Below, in pieces: positions 26,320 to 32,000 of a stretch of DNA of 32,000 nucleotides (position 1 is its first letter; every line of letters starts with the position of its first letter). The DNA comes from an uncultured bacterium (GTDB taxonomy: Bacteria; Auribacterota; JACPWU01), in NCBI GenBank assembly GCA_964640155.1, contig CAZXEQ010000002.1, positions 150,001 to 182,000 of the forward strand, given 5' to 3'. The translations under genes were made by a program, and so were the position numbers. The notes under the pieces are model-generated. The model was not told where the DNA came from, did not search any database, and worked only from the letters and a program-made list of their open reading frames with translations.

Positions 26320-27201
26320 ATGGATCATTTAGAAAAATTAGAAAGTCAATCGGTATACATTTTAAGAGAAGCCTATAGCCAATTTAAGAATTTGGCCATG
26401 CTTTGGTCTATTGGAAAAGATAGCACCGTTCTTTTATGGTTGGCTCGCAAGGCCTTTTTCGGCCATGTTCCCTTCCCACTCGTTCATATTGATACCGCTT
26501 ATAAAATCCCTGAAATGATTCAATATCGAGATCGTTTGGCTTTGGAATGGCATCTCAATATGGTCTATGGCCAAAATCAGGAAGCACTTAAAAACAAACA
26601 AACTTTCCCAGACGGGGCTTTGGATCGTATTTCCTGCTGCAAAACCCTCAAAACGGAAGCCCTTAGAAATACGCTTTCTGGAGCCTGGCCCCGCTTTCGC
26701 ATGGATCATGAGAAAAAAAAATATGTCTTAGATGAAAACAAAGAGCCTTACACTGGAGTCATTGTAGGCGTACGTGCTGATGAAGAAGGAAGTCGATCCA
26801 AGGAAAGATATTTTTCTCCACGAGATAAACATAATGACTGGAATATTGGAGATCAACCTCCAGAACTTTGGAATCAATTCAAAACAGATTTTGCTCCTGG
26901 GACTCATATTCGCGTTCATCCTCTTTTAGATTGGACAGAACTCAACATTTGGGAATATATCGACAGAGAAAATATCCCTGTCGTCCCCCTCTATTTTGAT
27001 CAAGGCAAAGGAGAACGCTATCGATCTTTAGGCTGTTATCCTTGTACATTTCCAGTCCAATCAAAAGCAAAAAATATAAAAGAAATTATTGAAGAATTAA
27101 GAACAGGAAAATTTTCTAACATTGCCGAGCGCGCGGGGCGTGCACAAGATAAAGAAGATGGCGGTGGGCTTGAAACTTTGCGTCGAGAAGGGTACATGTA
27201 A
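26320..27201 (+). CDS. cysD: Sulfate adenylyltransferase subunit 2
   Basis: [22 protein letters not shown]..., the PAPS-reductase-fold SIGKDS motif and C-terminal [12 protein letters not shown]...REGYM are as in CysD. ATG 26320 with GAAGGAAAG upstream is preferred over the track's GTG at 26296. Confidence 0.9.
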   Translation: MDHLEKLESQSVYILREAYSQFKNLAMLWSIGKDSTVLLWLARKAFFGHVPFPLVHIDTAYKIPEMIQYRDRLALEWHLNMVYGQNQEALKNKQTFPDGALDRISCCKTLKTEALRNTLSGAWPRFRMDHEKKKYVLDENKEPYTGVIVGVRADEEGSRSKERYFSPRDKHNDWNIGDQPPELWNQFKTDFAPGTHIRVHPLLDWTELNIWEYIDRENIPVVPLYFDQGKGERYRSLGCYPCTFPVQSKAKNIKEIIEELRTGKFSNIAERAGRAQDKEDGGGLETLRREGYM

Positions 27202-27204
27202 GCC

Positions 27205-29004
27205 ATGAACAAAACCCACGCTCAAGCCATCAAAATGAATATTGTCATTGTTGGACATGTCGATCATGGCAAAAGCACTGTGATTGGAAGACTTTTAGCT
27301 GACACCCATTCTTTGCCTGAAGGAAAGCTTGAACAAGTCAAATTGGATTGTAAACGTAACTCCAAACCCTTTGAGTATGCTTTCTTACTGGACGCTTTAA
27401 AAGACGAACAAGCACAGGGAATCACCATCGACACCGCCCGCTGTTTTTTCAAAAGTAAAAAAAGAGAATACATTATCATCGACGCCCCTGGACATATTGA
27501 GTTTTTAAAAAATATGATCAGTGGCGCCGCTCGTGCTGAAGCAGCGCTCCTTGTAATTGACGCCAAGGAAGGCGTACAAGAAAATTCTAAGCGACATGGA
27601 TATTTGCTTTCACTTTTAGGAATTCGTCAGGTTGCCGTCTGTATCAACAAAATGGATTTAGTCAATTACAGCGAAAAAACCTTTAAAGAAATTGAAAAAG
27701 AATATAAAGCCTTTTTAAAACCCATTGGTCTTGAGCCCAAGGCATTTATCCCCATTGCAGCCATGCTCGGAGATAATATCGTTGAATCCTCTCAAAATCT
27801 TTCTTGGTATAAAGGCCCTTCGATTTTAGAAATGTTAGACACTTTCGAAAAAGCTCCCAATCTTGAAGACAAGCCTTTCCGTATGCCTGTTCAAGCTGTT
27901 TATAAGTTTACAGAAGCAGGTGATGATAGACGCATTGTCTCAGGCAGAATTGAATCAGGATCCATCATGGTAGGAGATAAAGTCATCTTCCTTCCTTCCA
28001 ACAAGCGCTCTGAAATCAAAACGATTGAAGAATTTAACACCCCTATTCGAAAAAAAGCAGTCGCTGGCTATTCTGTAGGATTCACTTTAAAAGAGCAAAT
28101 CTACGTCAATCGTGGCGACATTTTGTGCAAACTGGAAGAAGAACATCCTTTGGTAAGTCCCCTGTTCCAAGCCGAAATTTTCTGGATGGGACGAGATCCC
28201 ATGACACTTGATAAAGAATATAAATTAAAAATTGGAACCGCTAAAACAACCATTCGCATTAAAGAAATTAAAAAAGTTATCGATGCTTCCCAACTCAAAA
28301 AAGCTGAACACAAGAAACAAATTGATCGTCATGAAGTGGCTCAATGTATTTTTGAATGTACTCAACCCATTGCATTTGATTTAGCACACACCGTCGAAGC
28401 CACGGGACGATTTGTCATTGTCGATAAATATGATATTGCGGGCGGAGGAATTATTTCAAGTCTCGTCAAAGATGAACAATCAGAAGTACGCGAGCAAGTT
28501 CAACAAAGAGAAATGAATTGGGATTTTAGCATTATCGATCCTAAAGAACGTGAAACCTCCTACGGGCATCCCCCGAAACTTATTCTTCTCACGGGTAAAG
28601 TAGGTGTAGACAAAAAGACCATTGCAAAAGAAGTCGAAAAAACTTTATTTGACAAAGGAATTAAAACCTATTTTTTAGGAATGGGAAACCTCCTGCGTGG
28701 ACTTGATGCCGATCTTGAAAAGAATAAATCAGCCCGGCATGAACACATTCGTCGTATGGCAGAAGTCGCGCACTTGCTTTTAGATGCAGGACTGATTGTC
28801 CTAGCTACAGCCAGCAACATGAGGGATGATGAGTTAAAACTTTTTCAAGAAGTGACAGACCGAGCTTCTATTTTTGTGATCAATGTAGGAGAAAATCAGT
28901 TTAGAGATAGCATTACAGATCTCAACTTAAACGAAAAAGATTCAACAATCAAAAATTCAAAAAAAATCCTTCAGCTTTTAGAAAAAGAAAAAATTATTTC
29001 CTAA
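27205..29004 (+). CDS. cysN: Sulfate adenylyltransferase subunit 1 (GTPase) fused to a degenerate APS-kinase-like domain
   Basis: The GTPase motifs are [14 protein letters not shown] and NKMD. The C-terminal ~150 aa align by eye with CysC, but the P-loop is GKVGVDKKT and LDGDNVR is replaced by LGMGNLLR. Confidence 0.88.
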   Translation: MNKTHAQAIKMNIVIVGHVDHGKSTVIGRLLADTHSLPEGKLEQVKLDCKRNSKPFEYAFLLDALKDEQAQGITIDTARCFFKSKKREYIIIDAPGHIEFLKNMISGAARAEAALLVIDAKEGVQENSKRHGYLLSLLGIRQVAVCINKMDLVNYSEKTFKEIEKEYKAFLKPIGLEPKAFIPIAAMLGDNIVESSQNLSWYKGPSILEMLDTFEKAPNLEDKPFRMPVQAVYKFTEAGDDRRIVSGRIESGSIMVGDKVIFLPSNKRSEIKTIEEFNTPIRKKAVAGYSVGFTLKEQIYVNRGDILCKLEEEHPLVSPLFQAEIFWMGRDPMTLDKEYKLKIGTAKTTIRIKEIKKVIDASQLKKAEHKKQIDRHEVAQCIFECTQPIAFDLAHTVEATGRFVIVDKYDIAGGGIISSLVKDEQSEVREQVQQREMNWDFSIIDPKERETSYGHPPKLILLTGKVGVDKKTIAKEVEKTLFDKGIKTYFLGMGNLLRGLDADLEKNKSARHEHIRRMAEVAHLLLDAGLIVLATASNMRDDELKLFQEVTDRASIFVINVGENQFRDSITDLNLNEKDSTIKNSKKILQLLEKEKIIS

Positions 29005-29031
29005 AAAACAAAATTTGTCTTTAGACTCTCT

Positions 29032-29179
29032 AAAAGTGCGTCCTTTATGAATGCGGGTGACGCTTGGCGGGGCGCCCCATCGAGCGCAATTTTTAATGAG
29101 CACGATGGGGCTGACAAGCGGCAGGACCCGCCACTTTTTCAATCCTAAAGGACGGCGAAAAGCCCGAGGACCCACTTTT
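29032..29179 (+). repeat. GC-rich structured repeat, copy 5 (full length, most divergent; candidate ncRNA)
   Basis: Sequence is AAAAGTGCGTCCTTTATGAATGCGGGTGACGCTTGGCGGGGCGCCCCATCG...CGATGGGGCTGACAAGCGGCAGGACCCGC...TAAAGGACGGCGAAAAGCCCGAGGACCCACTTTT. It fills the cysN to 29194 spacer. Confidence 0.85.
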
Positions 29180-29193
29180 AGAAACACAATCAT

Positions 29194-29943
29194 ATGTCGT
29201 CATTGAAAAACATTCAAATTGTCCTTGTCCGAGCTGAGAATCCAATCAATATTGGACAGGCTGCGCGTTCAATGAAAAATTTTGGGTGCTCTAACCTGAG
29301 TTTGGTTAACTGTGCAGCTCATCAAACTCCGGAAGCTTATACTGTCGGGTGGAAAGCCAAAAAAATTCTAGACTCGGCCACGATTTTCAAAAACTTACCC
29401 AAAGCATTAAAAGGATGTGAACTCTGTATTGGCTTTACTACAAGAGCAAGGAATAAACGCAACATCCCTGTCCCCTTTTCTCAAATCCTTCCCCAAATTT
29501 TAGAAACAATGAAAACTCAAAAAGTTCATTTGATTTTTGGAAATGAAAAAAATGGGCTTTCAAATGAAGAATTGAATTCTTGCCATATCTTGGCAACCCT
29601 TCCCGCAAATCCCATCTATCCCTCTCTAAATCTTTCTCATGCGGTAGCCATTACGCTGGCACAAATTTTTTCAAATGTTTTTGAATCCAAAAAACTCTTC
29701 AAAAATCGTGCACGTTTTTTTGCAAACAGACAAGAGCTTAAAACTCTGATGAATAATTTTTCTGAAGTTTTTTATCTTTTGAAATATGATCTTTCTATGA
29801 ATAAGGATCTCTTGCCTACAGTACAAAGACAACTCAAAAATTTCTTTCTTAAAAGCAGTTTGGAACGTAGAGAACACCATTTATTTATAGCCCTTCTCTA
29901 TAAAATTAAAGCTGCATTGAATAAGAAGGAGCAACATCAATGA
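29194..29943 (+). CDS. SpoU/TrmH-family RNA 2'-O-methyltransferase (TrmJ-like)
   Basis: IVLVRAENPINIGQAARSMKNFG, LIFGNEKNGLSNEE and LNLSHAVAI are SPOUT motifs. No SD; the ATG lies 15 nt after repeat copy 5. Confidence 0.8.
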   Translation: MSSLKNIQIVLVRAENPINIGQAARSMKNFGCSNLSLVNCAAHQTPEAYTVGWKAKKILDSATIFKNLPKALKGCELCIGFTTRARNKRNIPVPFSQILPQILETMKTQKVHLIFGNEKNGLSNEELNSCHILATLPANPIYPSLNLSHAVAITLAQIFSNVFESKKLFKNRARFFANRQELKTLMNNFSEVFYLLKYDLSMNKDLLPTVQRQLKNFFLKSSLERREHHLFIALLYKIKAALNKKEQHQ

Positions 29944-30458
29944 GATCATACTCATTGATTTCAAAATCTGATTCTCAAAAACTTCCATGGAGCAAATTTT
30001 GCTTTGTTTGTGGAGAGCAAAACCCTCATGGCTTAAAACTCAAAGCACATGTTCAGAATCATCAGGTCATTCTAGAACATACCTGCCAAACCTCAAACAC
30101 GGGTTATCGAAATATCATGCATGGGGGAATTGGCATAACCCTTCTGGATGAAGTCATGACCTGGGCTGCGATTCTTGAATCTGGGAAAATTTGTGTTGCT
30201 GCTGAACTAACAGGCCGATTTCTAAAACCTGTTCTTACAGGAGCAAAACTTCAAATTAAAGGCTGGGTTACTCAAAAACGCTCAAAACTTATTTTAACCG
30301 AAGCAATAATTCAGGATGAAAATGAAGAGATTTATATGAAAGGATTTGGAAAATTTCTACCCATGAATGATTTGCAAGCAAAACAAATTGAACAAGATTT
30401 CGTTTTTTCAAAAGACACGATTCAACCCGCAGAAATATCTCAAAAAAGAGAGAAATAA
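29940..30458 (+). CDS. Hotdog-fold (PaaI-type) thioesterase
   Basis: CFVCGEQNPHGLKL and HGGIGITLLDEVM motifs. An ATGA overlap joins it to the upstream gene. Confidence 0.75.
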   Translation: MRSYSLISKSDSQKLPWSKFCFVCGEQNPHGLKLKAHVQNHQVILEHTCQTSNTGYRNIMHGGIGITLLDEVMTWAAILESGKICVAAELTGRFLKPVLTGAKLQIKGWVTQKRSKLILTEAIIQDENEEIYMKGFGKFLPMNDLQAKQIEQDFVFSKDTIQPAEISQKREK

Positions 30459-30467
30459 TTCTCAAAG

Positions 30468-31172
30468 TTACCGAAAATCCTTCATGGTCAAAATGACTTT
30501 TCCAACAATTTCCTGTTCATTTTGAGGGACAGATGAAAGAAGAGATGGAAAAGAAGTTTGATCTTTATCTGCAGAGAATAGAATGATTTGTTCCCCTTCT
30601 TGGCAAAAGATTCTAAATACCAATGACTCCTGCCCCTTTTTCCCCTTGATGGCGGCAATATCCCCATTTTTTAAAGGAGCATCATAGGCCACAATCACAA
30701 TGTCATTTTTTTGAATCCCACGATTAAAAAGATCATCACTGCTTACCTTCCAAGCAAAACACTCCCACTCACCTAACCATGAAGTATCCACATAGAGGGC
30801 AGGCTTTCCATTCACTCCAGAACCCAAAGTTCCTTTTTGTGGAAGCGTCTGAACCAGAGGAACAATTTTTACTCCCTGCTGAGGTTTATACTCCGTACGT
30901 GTTTCTCGTACTTTGTTTAATTTCAAGTAAGGAGCAATATCCTCATCCACTCGATCCAAGGCTGCTAATTCAATTAACTTTCTTGCCTCAGATTCATTTA
31001 GATTCAGAAGTCGTATAATTTTTTCACAAATATCCATTTTAAAGGGAGGACTGATTCCAGCTTCTACAAGGTTAATGTAGGTATGCGAGAATCCCAAACT
31101 TTTTGAAAAAAGAGATTTTCGAAATCCATGTGATTCCCTGAGTTGAGTAAGATAAGTTCCAAACTGTGTCAC
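30468..31172 (-). CDS. XRE-HTH / S24 (LexA-like) fold repressor lacking the catalytic dyad
   Basis: GTG start with SD GGGAGG. The N-terminal HTH is LRESHGFRKSLFSKSLGFSHTYINLVEAG. The C-terminal KVSSDDLFNRGIQKNDIVIV...LVFRIF aligns by eye to LexA VSGMSMKDIGIMDGDLLAV...VTVKRL, with Ser to Asp and Lys to Arg changes. Confidence 0.7.
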   Translation of the reverse strand: MTQFGTYLTQLRESHGFRKSLFSKSLGFSHTYINLVEAGISPPFKMDICEKIIRLLNLNESEARKLIELAALDRVDEDIAPYLKLNKVRETRTEYKPQQGVKIVPLVQTLPQKGTLGSGVNGKPALYVDTSWLGEWECFAWKVSSDDLFNRGIQKNDIVIVAYDAPLKNGDIAAIKGKKGQESLVFRIFCQEGEQIILFSADKDQTSFPSLLSSVPQNEQEIVGKVILTMKDFR

Positions 31173-31499
31173 ATGTCCTCCCGAGGATATTTCAAAGCAT
31201 TATAGAAGATTTATTCATACCTTTGAACAAAAAAAGAAAGTATTTACTTTAGATTAAATTTTATGAATTAAACTCTTTACTTTTATAATGAAATTAATTA
31301 TTTTAGTTTATATTTATAACATAGATTGACCGATGTCTAGATAAGAGAACTAAGGAGAACCAAGAAGCTCCAAAAAAATCATTCTATAACCTACTTCTCC
31401 CCGAGGCCGAGGCTGTGACACTTGAAGAAATCTTCCGAGGATCACTCGAGTAAGTCATGGCCAAGGCCTCCCCCATTTTTACTGTCATGAGGTTCAAAC

Positions 31500-32000
31500 T
31501 TAATCGATGGTATTGCCTTCGCTGCGCTCAAGTGTCACAACACATTCAACATGATAAGTATGAGGGAAAAGATCCAAGGGTTGAATTTCTTTAGTCTGAT
31601 AGCCTAAAGAAGAAAATATTTTTAAATCTCTTGCCAAAGTTTTAATTTCACAAGAAACATAAATAATTTTTGATGGATGAAGGTCTACAATGCCTTGAAT
31701 AACTTCCTTCGTACAACCTTGTCGGGGAGGATCTAGTACAATCAATTTAGGGTGAACACTCTTTTCTTTTAAAGCATTTAAACCTTCATGCGCCTGCGCA
31801 CAAATCCATTCCACATTTTTAATCTCATTCAAATCTGCATTTTCTTTTGCATTTTCAATAGAATTTACAACATTCTCAATGCCATAGACCTTCTTTGCCT
31901 TTGATGCTAAAAATAAACCAATAAGTCCAACCCCACAATAAAGATCCACCACCTCATCTTCTTCACAAATACCACTCTGTGCTAAAACAGTTCCACAAAT
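31500..32000 (-). CDS. RlmD/RumA/TrmA-family RNA (uracil-5)-methyltransferase, C-terminal part (5' end beyond the window)
   Basis: DLYCGVGLIGLFLA is the SAM motif I; VLDPPRQG, and YVSCEIKTLARD holds the catalytic Cys context. The frame stays open to position 32000. Confidence 0.85.
   Translation of the reverse strand: MCGTVLAQSGICEEDEVVDLYCGVGLIGLFLASKAKKVYGIENVVNSIENAKENADLNEIKNVEWICAQAHEGLNALKEKSVHPKLIVLDPPRQGCTKEVIQGIVDLHPSKIIYVSCEIKTLARDLKIFSSLGYQTKEIQPLDLFPHTYHVECVVTLERSEGNTID

Noticed and set aside
31330-31499. Possible small ORF, sRNA or degenerate sixth repeat copy in the XRE to rlmD spacer (AAGGAG at 31352; GTGACACTTG and GATCACTCGAG resemble the repeat's GTGACACTCGG; GAGGCC/GGCCTC pairing followed by T5).
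   Set aside because: No start codon lies at a usable distance from the SD-like string. The open frame lacks ATG, GTG and TTG. Similarity to the repeat is limited to ~10 nt without the P1-P3 partners. The GC-rich hairpin may simply be the rlmD terminator region.

Overview
AT-rich bacterial chromosomal window with diderm-type envelope genes. I saw no rRNA, CRISPR array, transposase or integrase. It holds about 30 credible protein genes and 2 tRNAs. All family assignments are by-eye motif recognition; no searches were run.

Gene layout:
- Left: LuxE-like and LuxC-like genes flank an oppositely oriented ~1100-aa glycosyltransferase fusion. A long minus-strand block follows: tRNA-Phe, ahpC, tRNA-Asp, icd, aminotransferase, tandem NDK-like gene, a 47-aa zinc-ribbon gene, LysM outer-membrane protein, AsmA-like gene, hpnH.
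- Middle: a Tyr-rich secreted mini-protein, a Rieske protein, and an ECF sigma/anti-sigma pair. The pair is divergent from a secreted operon (small exported protein, DUF4139-like, VIT-vWA-TPR-DUF2135).
- Right: glpX, cysD, cysN/C-like, TrmJ-like methyltransferase, hotdog thioesterase, LexA-like repressor, partial RlmD/RumA-type methyltransferase.

Most interesting signals are non-coding:
1. Five copies of a 120-160 nt GC-rich element share a nested multi-helix architecture. The helices are preserved by compensatory substitutions and strand-specific G:U pairs. This is a candidate undescribed structured-RNA or mobile repeat family.
2. One copy sits upstream of a terminator/antiterminator leader for a 72-aa ORF.
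3. A second family of ACG/CGT-rich hairpins sits at fixed distance after stop codons. It includes a perfect 38-bp inverted pair bracketing a 111-aa ORF.
4. A multi-hairpin element is closed by a 15-bp stem downstream of glpX.
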